A DNA stretch of 64,000 bases. It comes from Mobula hypostoma (lineage: Eukaryota). Made by a program: the position numbers and the translations under genes. Shown one piece after another: positions 24,494 to 35,386 of this stretch. The stretch lies in assembly GCF_963921235.1 (NCBI RefSeq), contig NC_086109.1, forward strand, positions 37,884,001 to 37,948,000, read 5' to 3'. Each line of letters opens with the position of its first letter. The first letter of the stretch is position 1. The notes under the pieces were generated by a model, which did not search any database, was not told where the DNA came from, and saw only the letters and a program-made list of their open reading frames with translations.

Positions 24494-25313
24494 CGCCGTT
24501 GTGGCTATCCCTCGAGGTCGAAGATGATAGTCTTCATTCTGTTGATCTACTTATGGGCTCTCAAGTGGCTTATGAGTCCAACCTTGGCTTTGAAAGTCCT
24601 TCCGCATTCAGGACAGGTAGTTCCAGATGGCAGATCAGGCTTTGGTTGTTGCTGCCTCTCTTTCCATTTTCTTCTCTTTTTTTCTAATTCTGCACATCTG
24701 TTGGCTTCGAAAGTTGCTGTTCCTTCTCGGATGATGGCTTGCCAGAGTTTCCTGTCCTTGGCATTGGTTTCCCAATTGTTGATGTCGATGTTACATTTCT
24801 TCATGTTGGCTTTTAAGACGTCTTTGAATCTCTTCTGTTGTCCGTCTCTTTTATGTTTGCCTTCTTTAAGCTGACAGTAGAAGGTTTCTTTCGGCAGACG
24901 TTCGTCTTTCATCCGAACAACATGACCGCTCCATCTTAGTTGGTGCTTGATGACATAGGCTTCAATGCTTGTAGTTTTTGCTTCATTTAGTACACTGATG
25001 TTGGTTCTTCTATCTTCCCAGCTGATACTTAAGATGTTTCGAAGACAGCGTCGATGAACTTTTCAAGCGCCTTCAGATGTCGTCGGTATGTTGTCCGGGT
25101 TTCTGATGCATACAGGAGCGTTGGGATTACCACTGCTTTGTACACTAACATTTTGGTGTCTGTTCGGATGTCATGATTATGAAAGACTCTTGTTCGGAGA
25201 CGTCCAAAAGCTGTTCCAGCGGACTTAAGACAATGTTGGATCTCGTCATTAAGGTCGACAGTGGAGGAGAGGTGATTTCCAAGATGCTGAAAGTGGTCTA
25301 CGTTTTCCAGGGT
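24494..25313 (-). mobile_element. RTE-clade LINE, 5'-truncated
   Basis: ENVDHFQHLG...TKMLVYKAVVIPTLLYASET and RLPK...CPECGRTFKAKVGLISHLRAH (C2H2). 12-bp TSD ttctaagaaagt at 24482-24493 and 25314-25325. Confidence 0.9.
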
Positions 25314-26928
25314 TTCTAAGAAAGTAGCTGCATTGTCGTGCTTTCTTTGTAACGGCACATATGTGCTGGACCCAAGACAGATCCTCTGAGGTGAAGACAC
25401 TTAGGAATTAAAGCCCCATTTATCAATAGATTTCTAGAACAATCCAGACGGTACCAAACTCTGAAACAAAGCAAGCAATGCACTATAAATGAATTTTCTG
25501 AATCATCAAAAAACAGAGAGTAACTGATCTTTCTCTAGGAAATGTGATGCTGGTGTGAAGATGATATGAATATGTTCTATATGTGCAATATATTCCATTT
25601 TTCTCAACTTGTGAAAATGTATTCAGGTATCCTCATCTGTTAGCATTTCACTGTCCTCCACTGTGGCTAGATTTAATGATTCACATTAGGTTATTATGAA
25701 ATATTTCAGTCTTTACAGCACTGTTAACTTGAATGTATTCTTTTGAAAAATGAGTTGGATACAAGTAATCAGTTTCCAATCTTACTTATGTGGCAATCAA
25801 TCTTCTAAGGTGAGGACTGCTCTCTTTCATGTTCCCTACAGACAGTCCACCACTTGTGCAGAAAATGCTGATGTTATAAATACTAATTGTGATTAGTTAT
25901 TGTTGGTTTCTGACAGGCATACTGTGGTTGAGGCCACAAAAATGACAGATTCAATCATCTATTCAAGTAACTTAATATGACAACATTTGAATAAATACTG
26001 TTGGTGGGCCATGGGCACACTGTCACAATAATACCATGACAAATACATTTTCTTCACCACAGTCATATTTACAAACATTTTTGTCAAAGTATCAAGAGTC
26101 CATTTTTCATTGTTTTCCAAACAATGGCCTGTGACTAGGAGAAAGACTTTGATTGTTTTCTTTCCCAGTTCCAGAAAATGCATGACTAGATTAGAAAAAG
26201 TCTCCTTGTATTCCTAAACCATTAGGGGATGAATCCAATCTATTAAATAATTTCATTTAGACTTGAGCTGCTTATGTATTCTGCAGCCCTCAAGCTGAGC
26301 CACGGTACTTCAAAATTCATCTTTGCTTGTTTGCACTAAATAGATGATATATTCAGTTTGTTAATACACTTTTCTCCTCTCCTGATTTCTGCTCATAATG
26401 AATTCAATAGAATTGAACACCAAGAGTTCTATGTAACCATTTAACATAAGTTCTCAAAAATGAGTTTTTAGCCCAAAGCACTAAAAACCCACAGACATTC
26501 AGAAATATAATATATATAGCTTTGGATGCTAATCAGAAAAAAATACATTAGGAAAGCAAGCTATTGAGTAGGTATGCCAGCCCTCAAGCATATTGAAGCC
26601 TTAAAGCCCTAAATATGCAAATAGACATCAGAAGAAAGCTTCTCCTTAGGCAGTAGGAATAGAAAGATCTTGACTCAGAGAGGGGGAGAAAAAGAAAACT
26701 AGTTTTTAAAATGACGGGAAATGTATTAAAGCTTTTCAATACTTAACTATCAACTTTCCAAACAACCCCTGGTAGAAACAAAGGACGAGGCTAGGAATAG
26801 ATGAAGTTCCAGATTGGACCATTAATTGTTTCTTTTTCAAGCAAAATTGCCTGGTTTAAGTGTTTCCACTCAGTTTATGGCTTTGTTTTAGATTTCCAGC
26901 ATCTACAGATTTTGGTTTGATACTTATT

Positions 26929-27563
26929 CAGACATCCCACCCTGCAAAAACTCATTTCAGGGAGGTAGAACCATCAATTTGTGGGAGACTCCCGGGAGAG
27001 GTGGGATGTCTGCAATAGAGTAGCTCCTTAGCAGCCAGCCAGCTAGTTTAAATAACGTTAGCTATGCTAATGAATGAATGGCACCTGTTAAACTCACCTC
27101 AACATGTCTTTTACAGTCTTAACCAACCATGGGCAATAGAAAAGTCACTTGAAAATGAATTCTTTACCCTTTACCATTGATGGAAAGGAAGTCATGTGGG
27201 ATAGTAAACAAGGTTTTGTTATTCCTAGACCCACTTACAAGTTTATTGGCCTGCTATCATGTGAAACCACTGTGAATGGAAAGATATTTTATTCATACTA
27301 CTTAACACATAGGAGAGTCAGCAGCATCAGAAGTGTAGAGCTGAATGTGACCAGTCCGGTAAAGATGCTGAGAGGAAGATCATTTGCTATAAAGTGCACA
27401 GTGACCACAGAACCTAATGCAAGAGTTGAGATTTCCTGGGATTTCCCTGGTAAAGGAAATATTGTATATAATTCCGTGATATTGTACATAATTTGCGGGC
27501 ATCAGGGAGCCACTATTAATATGTGGGAGACTCCCGGAACTTCCCGGAGAGGTGGGATGTCTG
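26929..27563. mobile_element. Non-autonomous DNA transposon (MITE-like) with 13-bp TIRs and 6-bp TSD, carrying the FLT1 fragment
   Basis: CAGACATCCCACC (26929-26941) and GGTGGGATGTCTG (27551-27563) are a perfect inverted repeat. CTTATT flanks both ends (26923-26928, 27564-27569). An internal second copy of the right end lies at 26981-27012. Confidence 0.88.
27149..27454 (+). pseudogene. FLT1: Processed (intron-less) fragment of VEGFR1/FLT1 covering the C-terminal part of Ig domain 2 and the N-terminal part of Ig domain 3, embedded in a DNA transposon
   Basis: 102 uninterrupted codons: LKMNSLPFTIDGKEVMWDSKQGFVIPRPTYKFIGLLSCETTVNGKIFYSYYLTHRRVSSIRSVELNVTSPVKMLRGRSFAIKCTVTTEPNARVEISWDFPGK. These align without gaps to recalled human FLT1 DGKRIIWDSRKGFIISNATYKEIGLLTCEATVNGHLYKTNYLTHRQTNTIIDVQISTPRPVKLLRGHTLVLNCTATTPLNTRVQMTWSYP, about 44 identities per 100 by eye. 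Confidence 0.88.
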
Positions 27564-28789
27564 CTTATTGCTTAGCTCCCTGGTGGGCTCTTCTTTTCCA
27601 GACACACTCACTCTATAGGCTCTTTCAAAGGAATTAGCTGCTTGGGGAATTGCTGGGTGTTGTATGCAGAAGATAGAATCTTAAGAAGAGGAAAAAGAAG
27701 TATCCTAGCCCAATATTTCAGTCATCAGTTTAGCTTCTGGTCATCAACTTGGCACAAAGTTTGCAAATGATTATAAAAACTTGTTCCGGCTACTGTTTTA
27801 AGTGGTGTTAATAACAATTTCCTCAGAAAGTTGTTTTTTGGGTAAAGAGAAATTATCAACAAATAATTTATTCTTTTTGCTCTTGCCCACAATGTCCATC
27901 CACTATCAATCACAGAACATGACACTCAGGGACTTGGGCTATGTTATATTTTTTTTTGTGTGACTGTATGTTTCCTGCTGTCTCATGTGCTTACTATCTT
28001 ATATGTGCTAAGTGTGCCTTGTGCTATGTATGACTGTTGGTACAGTGTTTTGCACCTTAGACCCGGAATAACGCTGTTTCATTTGGTTGTATTCATGGGT
28101 ATCCATGTTTGGTTGAACGACAGTTAAACTTGAACTTGAACTCAAATTGGAATTGGACTTGAGAAGGTAGATTGCCACCGATCTGAAAACAAATACGAAA
28201 ATCACACAGAAGCCACTGAGTGCATTAACATGCAGTATTTCTCTCTGTTAATATGTTATGAATTATGCAGCAGAGAACTGCCAAAATGGAAAGACGTGAT
28301 GGATGCCACCTTTGAGAAATATTGGGCAAGGAGAGACATATGGTTAAAAAAAGAGAACATGTATTGACTTAAGTTATTGAGAGGAAAAATCTGGCAGACA
28401 CCCCTTTGGGAGCACTAATCCCCCTTTCCAATTTTCCTCTTGACAAGACCAAAATGAAACACAGATGATGGGAAGCCTGGCCCCGGGCATTCCCATCAGA
28501 GAAGATGCATTAGCTTACATGGCAAGCCAGGCTAAAGGGGCTAAATGAAAGAAAACAACCATCCCTCTCCAAATGTCAGTTTATATCTTTGAAAACACAT
28601 TAAAAAGGTAATCATATTCTATATTGATACAGAAGAAAATTAAACTTACAAGGAATTCCTAACTGGATTTAGAAAGGAACCAATGTTCAATAACTATTAG
28701 GTATATTGCGATAATTAAATGTTATTGCTTTAAGAAAGGAGTTGCAATCATATCTTCCCTTATTCAGATGATGACAGCTCATCAATGTT

Positions 28790-29420
28790 GAAGTGCAGGC
28801 ACTGAATTCAAGAGCTGGGAAGTTATACTGCAAACATACAGGGTACTAGTGAAGCCACACCTGGATTTCTGGTCTCTATAATTGATAAAAGATATACCAG
28901 GCTAAGTAAGAAACAGTGCGGAGGAGGTTCACCAGGTTGACTCTGGAGATGAGGGGATTGGTCTATGAGGAGAGATTGAGTTGGCAGGGACTATACTTGC
29001 TGGAATTCAGGAGAATGAGAGAACATCTTATAGAAACATATAAAATTACGAAAAGGGATAAAATACAATAGAGGCAGGCAAGTTGTTTCCATTGGTAGGT
29101 GAGACTAGCACTAGGGAACATAGATCAAAATTTGGGGAAAAGATCATGGATGGAGATAAGAGGAAGTGCTTTTCCCAGAGAGTAGTAAATCTGTGAAATT
29201 CCCTGTCCCCAGGAAGCAGTAGAGGCTGTTTCATTAAGTATGTGTAAGATAGAATTATATGAAATTTTGCATAGTAAATGAATGAAAGGTTATGGGGAGC
29301 AGCCAGGTAATTGGAGCTGAGTCTACTGCCAGATCAGCCATGATCTTATTGGATGATGAAGCAGCGTCAACAGGTTAGATGGCCGGCTCCTGCTCTTTCT
29401 TCTTGCATTGGTATGTTTTA
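28790..29420 (+). mobile_element. Degenerate CR1 3' portion
   Basis: gaggaggttcaccaggttg (RRFTRL), tcccagagagtagtaaatctgtg (SQRVVNL), and 3' UTR agatcagccatgatcttattg. Confidence 0.75.
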
Positions 29421-29924
29421 TATCAGCAGGCTTAGCAGTACACAATGAAAGCTCCAATGAACCACAACAGAGATAAATGGCTATTTAAGACGGTTTCATT
29501 CATATCAATGAACAATGTTATCCACAAAGCTCTTTTCTCCTCTTTAGAAAGAGGCAAATGATGTTTACATCCATAAAGGTAACCAGATGTGGTTTTCATT
29601 CAACATCTATTGTGTAATAAACACATAAGTAGACCAGGAATGTATGGTACTTGTTTGTAAATATGTGATGCAGATGTGTAAGTTATGCCAGTCTCAGTTT
29701 TGATTTATGAATTGCCATGATCTATATTGAAAGAAGCAAAGTGCAGGGGGATCCAAATTTTATTTATAAAGTTCCAGGGAAAGTTTGACAAGTTTGACTG
29801 CAAATTACAACAGACACTGTGTAAGAGAGGACGAAACCAGTAAATTATAAATTGAGAAGCCTAACCTTGGTTGCTGGACAATTACTGTAGGTTCTATTTA
29901 AGGATAAAGCAACTGTTTTGAAAC

Positions 29925-30240
29925 CTCAGTTATTCACTAGTGCCGTACTGAAGGAGTACTCTGCTCCCAGAGGTGCAGATTTCTGATCAATAGTTAAATC
30001 TGAACTGTCAAGTGGGTACAATAGATGTCATGATATTACCTCATAAGAAAAGAGGGAAGATACCATTGATGTCCAAGTGAATATTCAGTTGTTAGTAACC
30101 ATCACTGAAATAAATATGTTTTCTATCTATTGTCACATATTTGTTTATGGAAACTTGCTTTTTGCAAATTGACTATGTTTTCTGTATTAAAGTAGAACCA
30201 TAAGTTCTTTGAAATAATTCAGAAGTTGTTGCATAAACAT
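29925..30240 (+). mobile_element. Ancient DeuSINE-like copy
   Basis: gtactgaaggagtactctgc...agaggtgc...gttaaa...caagtgggtacaatagatgtcatg...tgcaaattgact. Confidence 0.45.
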
Positions 30241-30325
30241 ATTTTCCCTGTTATTCCTGTCATTCCTGAAAGAGTGATGCATTACCATATTTTTCATTTA
30301 GAACATCTATTCTCCTATAATGTAC

Positions 30326-31885
30326 TACTACTACTACATCGTCTCAGGCCCAGGGGGCTGGCGTCGGGTACGATGACGGACTCTCCACTTCTCCCTCTCC
30401 TTCACCAGTGTGTTCAGTTCATCTACATTAGCCGCACCGCTGTCTTCTAGGAGCGTGTTGCCCATAGTCTTGGGAGGGCACGCAGGGTTCATTCTCCCAT
30501 GCTCGGGCTCCCATATGATGACTAGGCTGGCAGGTAGCTTGGAGGGTGGCGTAGACAGTGCCCCGCTGGTCTTCTCACCTCAGTTTTAGTGGTGAGCATC
30601 GGTAGGTCATCATAGAGCTCGACGTTCGGCATATGCCGTTGCCAACTCACGTCAAGAGCCATCGGGAGCATTCGTGTATGGTAACCATCTAGAGACTTTT
30701 GCATCGTCTTGGTGAGTGTCCACGTCTCGCATCCGTACATGAGAATGAACTCTATGACTGCTATGAAGATCCTCTTTTTAAGCCGTCTGGTCAGGTTCGA
30801 TTTCCAGATTTCCTTCATGCCGTTCATAGCCCTCCACGCCAGCACCTTCCGTATCTTTATGTCCTTCTCTGAGCTTACAATTCTTGATCTGAGGTACTTG
30901 AAGTCAAAGACTTTCTTAATGGTATCATTCTTTACGGTCTTGAGAGTACCTTTGTCGCAGTTAAACACCATGTACTGTGCCTTTTTAGTGATTAGGTGAA
31001 GTCCAACTTTATTGCACTCAATTTCCACTTTTGTCAGTAGCTGCTGTGCTTCCTCCATCTAGTCAGAAAGCAGGACTATGTCATCTGCAAAATTGAGATC
31101 AGTGAGCAAAACTGGTCTGAACCTTTTGGTTCGTCCTGGTTTTACGGTAAAATCAAGCTTGTCATGATCTTTGGTAGCTTGACATAGAGCATAATCAAGG
31201 ACGATTATAAAGACGTAGGGTGCCAGATTGTCTCCTTGCAGCACACCAGCTAGGAGCTCGAACACTGCTGCTTCCCCGTCTGGTGATACAACTTTCGCCA
31301 TGGTGTTGGTATAGCTGGACTCTATTGCTCTCAGTAGACGGTCTGACACTCTGTAAGCTTCCAGGATCTTCAGCATTTTATAGACAATATAGACAATAGA
31401 CAATAGGTGCAGGAGTAGGCCATTTGGCCCTTCGAGCCAGCACCGCCATTCACTGTGATCATGGCTGATCATCCACAGTCAGTACCCTGTTCCTACCTTA
31501 TCCCCATAACCTTTGATTCCGCGGTGAATGGAGTCAAAAGCTTTGCGAAAATCAATGAAAGTAAGCATGGCTGGTAGGTTGTTCTTCTTGACTTCCTCGA
31601 TGATTCTACGGAGAGCAAGTATTTGCATTACTGTTGTGCACTTCTGCCGAAAACCATTCTGATTGAATCTTAGCTTAGGGTCAATGGTGGTGCGAATCAT
31701 GGAAGAAGAAGAGGACGTACCCACGATACTAATGCAAGTCGACATCGATGTCGGCCCATTCACCATTGAAGAACTGAAGAAGGCTAAATATGAACTCAAG
31801 CAGGGCAGGAGCGCTGGATCAGATGGGATACCACCAGATGTCTTGAAGAACTGCGACCTGGACGACATCTTGCAGGACATGTGTA
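30326..31885 (-). mobile_element. RTE-like LINE with 5' inversion and (TAG)n tail
   Basis: FIDFRKAFDSIHRG, GVLQGDNLAPYVFIIVLD, LNFADDIVLL, LMYGCETWTL. Inverted block at about 31699-31885. 10-bp TSD tataatgtac at 30316-30325 and 31886-31895. Confidence 0.88.
31381..31518 (-). mobile_element. CR1 3'-tail fragment nested in the RTE RT domain
   Basis: tagacaatagacaataggtgcaggagtaggccatt... splits the host reading DSIHRG|KMLKIL. Confidence 0.8.
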
Positions 31886-34800
31886 TATAATGTACACGAA
31901 CATAAATCAGATCCAAAACAAACTGATGAGGGAGGTGAAGTACATCGCTTTGTTTTAATTTTTTCATAAATATAAATTTTGTGTTTATTCAGAATACTTC
32001 TTGCTTTAGCTTTTCACTTCACTAACAAGGAAATGCGAACTTCCTTTTGACAGTAAATCTTTTCAATATCTGTTTGGGAATTTCTTTCTAAGAGACTAGG
32101 ACAGGTTTCTTAGCTAAGTCAACATCCAAGTTCTTTTTATCATCCAGTTTTTTAAAATTCTGAATGATTAACTGAAGAGATGTATTGTCCCTCCTAACTC
32201 TGTTGAGTCAGAATTAACTAACACTGTTTTTCTAAAAGCTATCCACACCTTCCCTCACCCTCCTCTTGATTGCACCACATCCTAGATCATTTGAAACAAA
32301 CTAGATCAGATTTAATGTTCAATAGCTTCAAAAATACTTGGATGCCCAACACAAGACTTGTGAGATAAATGAGAACTAGATAATAACAGGCAAACAAGTT
32401 ACTTCTAAGATCTTAAAAACAATAATAAAATGAAGTGAGGAATCATAAAGGTAACATCAAACTATGAAGCATAACACTTCATGTATCGGGGATCACACAA
32501 GGCTGAAAGAGGGAATTTGTTTTCAGTGGCATTTTGAAGGTTTGGTCAATGGCCGCTCTCTTGTTTCTTCCACACAGCATTGCTAATTTCTTAATTTGTC
32601 AAGTACAAGTCTCATTCCCTTATCCCAGCTATTATTGAACCAACAACCACTGCCCTATAATGTAATAGTTTCCAAATCATAGCAATTCAATGAATATATC
32701 TAAAAGCTCTTTCTCTAGGCTTGCCATGAATAATGTTAAAACATTGTTCTCTGATTACATGAGAAACAGCTTCAAACACTTTTATTAACATTGCACATTT
32801 TGACTGCTTCTTTTAAATCTTCCCCAACTTCTTTTCTAAACAAAATATTCCAATTTATAAGACCTCTTCATATAATTAAATCATCTGTAGCATCCACTGA
32901 GCTGTACACTCAACTGTTCAATTTTTTGTACATATCAGAACAACAGTATGCCTTCGCTGAATCTTAAAATACAATGGTAAATGTCAGTGATGACACAGAA
33001 CAATAATTAGATGGCTGTGGACTAAGAATCACCACCTATTCTTGAAAAGACCAACCTTGTTTGCAAATCCACCATATTTGATTCTGCACCAGGTACCGAC
33101 CTATGGTGTGAGGAATTGTATTCACACGTTCTTGATTCAACTAAACCACACTAAGAGCTAATCAAAGCAGACAGCATCCTTTTCTCATTTATTTAGTGCT
33201 TATCTTTAGAACTGACACATTCAAGATTCAAGATTGTGTAATGTCATTTCCTGTGCACACAGGTACAGGAGAATGAAATCATCTTACTCTGGATCTGATG
33301 CAGCACAAAAACATGCAAAAGATAAGGAACACAATAATTATAATAAAAGCACAATAAATGATAATACATCAGATATATACATCAAGTGGTTGTACAATAT
33401 GTCCATAAAGTGAACATATAGAAGCGAACATGTGGACGGGTATACAGAACCATATTTCACTACCATTGATCATTTTATTAGTACCTAGCAATTACTTAGA
33501 CTTTAAATTTGTGCTCATCTTTCTCCTCAGGCAAGTGAATTAGCAAAGGAAAGAATAACACAAGACCATTTTCATTACAAAATCAAGCATACTATTTACA
33601 GTCTTAAATGCCAACATGTGGAGCAAGGACCTGTGTAGATTCTCTGTGTCCGTAAATTTGTTAATAACATACAGTATTATGTAACAACCTTCAGTAAGAA
33701 AAATTTGATCGAGAGCAAAACAACCTTTTAGTGTTAGAGTGCCTGCCAATTACTGTAGTGGGTGTAAAATAGAGACAATGGTTTATGAAAAGGTAAAAGT
33801 ACCAATTAATAATATTATTGAGTCAGTCCAATTAAAGCCTCTGTTCTACAGGACCTGAATACTGAAGTGGTTTAAACCATGTCAACAATACATCAAACGG
33901 TAGTTGTTTAAATTGGCTGTAGAATTCGGTATGATTTTGTTTTCTGAAGCCTAATTAGAAAAGATTGCTATATGCGCTTCAGTAATCATTTGCAAATCGG
34001 CTTTAGAAATCCATTAATTTATTGCTTGGGCTGAAAATGTGCTTATCTAAAAAAATAGTCTTTTGTGAAAAGTGTTATAATTTATGACAATTATAATCTA
34101 TTAGTAGTCATCATTATGATAATATGATAACCATAGTGGAAAGATTGCTGAGCACCCTATTACATTTGATTTATGCACAGTTTCTGCTACATTTGGGACA
34201 CATACAGTGACTGTGAAATAGCCTGTGATACTATTAAAGAGATCAATGTAACCAAAGAGTCTGGACAATGTACAGGACAGGGTGTAAATTTTGAACTCCC
34301 TTGGACAGAACTTGTGCTCAAGTGGTTTATTTCAACTGACTTGTAATGGAGCATTAGGTAAGCTGCCAATGATACCCTTGGGCTCACAGGCACAACAGGA
34401 ATTGCACAATAAAACAAAGAGCAAGAAGTAGCAAACTTACCTCAACACATCCTTGGCAATAAATCTCTTATTTAATCAACAATAGATCCAAAAGTGCTAC
34501 AAAGAACCACTACTGCACTGGAGGATAACCTCAGAAACCATCGTGCAGAGTATGTTTTTCCTGTTAAACCTTGCTATGCTTTTGAGATTATAATATTGGA
34601 TTCTAAATTATTACTTTCTGGAAGAAAGCGACCTATTTGCACTTAGATGAATTATTAATAACTGCTTCCAGCAATATCCTAGAAAGCTTGCTCCATGAGT
34701 CTTGAAGCAATTTTTCATCCTTTCACAGCATCCAATTTGAATTTAATCATTAATGACTGCTTCTAGCTATTTCCTAGAAAGCCTGCTCCATGAATCTTGA

Positions 34801-35386
34801 AACAATTTTTCCACAGTTTACACACACCAATCCTCAACAACCTCAATAAGCACTAGTACGTTTTCTGGTAACACTGCTTGAGAATGAGAAAGTGCTCACC
34901 CTGATCCGCATTACCTGTTCCCTGCAGAACTCTAAAAGCGGCAAGCATATCATCTCACATTTGTTTTCTTTTCAAGTGAGATTATGTCTTACTTACATTT
35001 TTTTGAAGAGCACATCTCATGATGCTCTGAACACGTTATTCCTGTGCCCTCTAATGATTGTGCCTGTTATTTAAAATGTTTTAGCTACTTAGACCTGTCC
35101 ATTACGAGGTAACTGTGGACAGGAATTAAAATTAAGATGCTGGCTAGATGAATACACATTCTTAGAAAGAGAAACCATGTTAATATAACCTCACCTTGCT
35201 TTGACTTGACTATTGGTTCACACTCTAAACATAATCGGCCAGATGTGATGGATAGTCACTTTCCAGGCCTGAAAGGCTTAATACCGAACTCACCTCTCCA
35301 ATGCAGCAGGATGACCTTTCCAAAGGGTTGGAGATGCTTGTGACAAAGTTAAACATTGAACAAATATTTCTTTTTTTTTTAATTAT

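Larger units (their letters stand above)
23740..25405 (-). mobile_element. Rex1/Babar-type LINE 3' part, hosting two RTE insertions
   Basis: ORF 24043-24378 LQKIMDTAQSITG...SIIKDPHHLDHALFSLLPLGRR. Host sequence resumes at 24437-24493 and 25314-25405. Confidence 0.75.

Noticed and set aside
27117..27449. Plus-strand exonisation of the cargo using ttttacAG (27116) and GTAAAG (27450)
   Set aside because: An in-frame TAG at 27137-27139 lies upstream of the FLT1 codons, and it is opposite to the host strand.
27149..27637. 162-aa ORF as a functional secreted VEGF decoy or as part of the real FLT1 gene
   Set aside because: It has no signal peptide and only one cysteine from each of the two Ig domains. 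The C-terminal 60 aa are transposon and flank read-through. No other FLT1 exons are present in the window.
34441..34560. AG...GTAAGT-bounded minus-strand segment resembling an exon
   Set aside because: Stop codons in all three frames.
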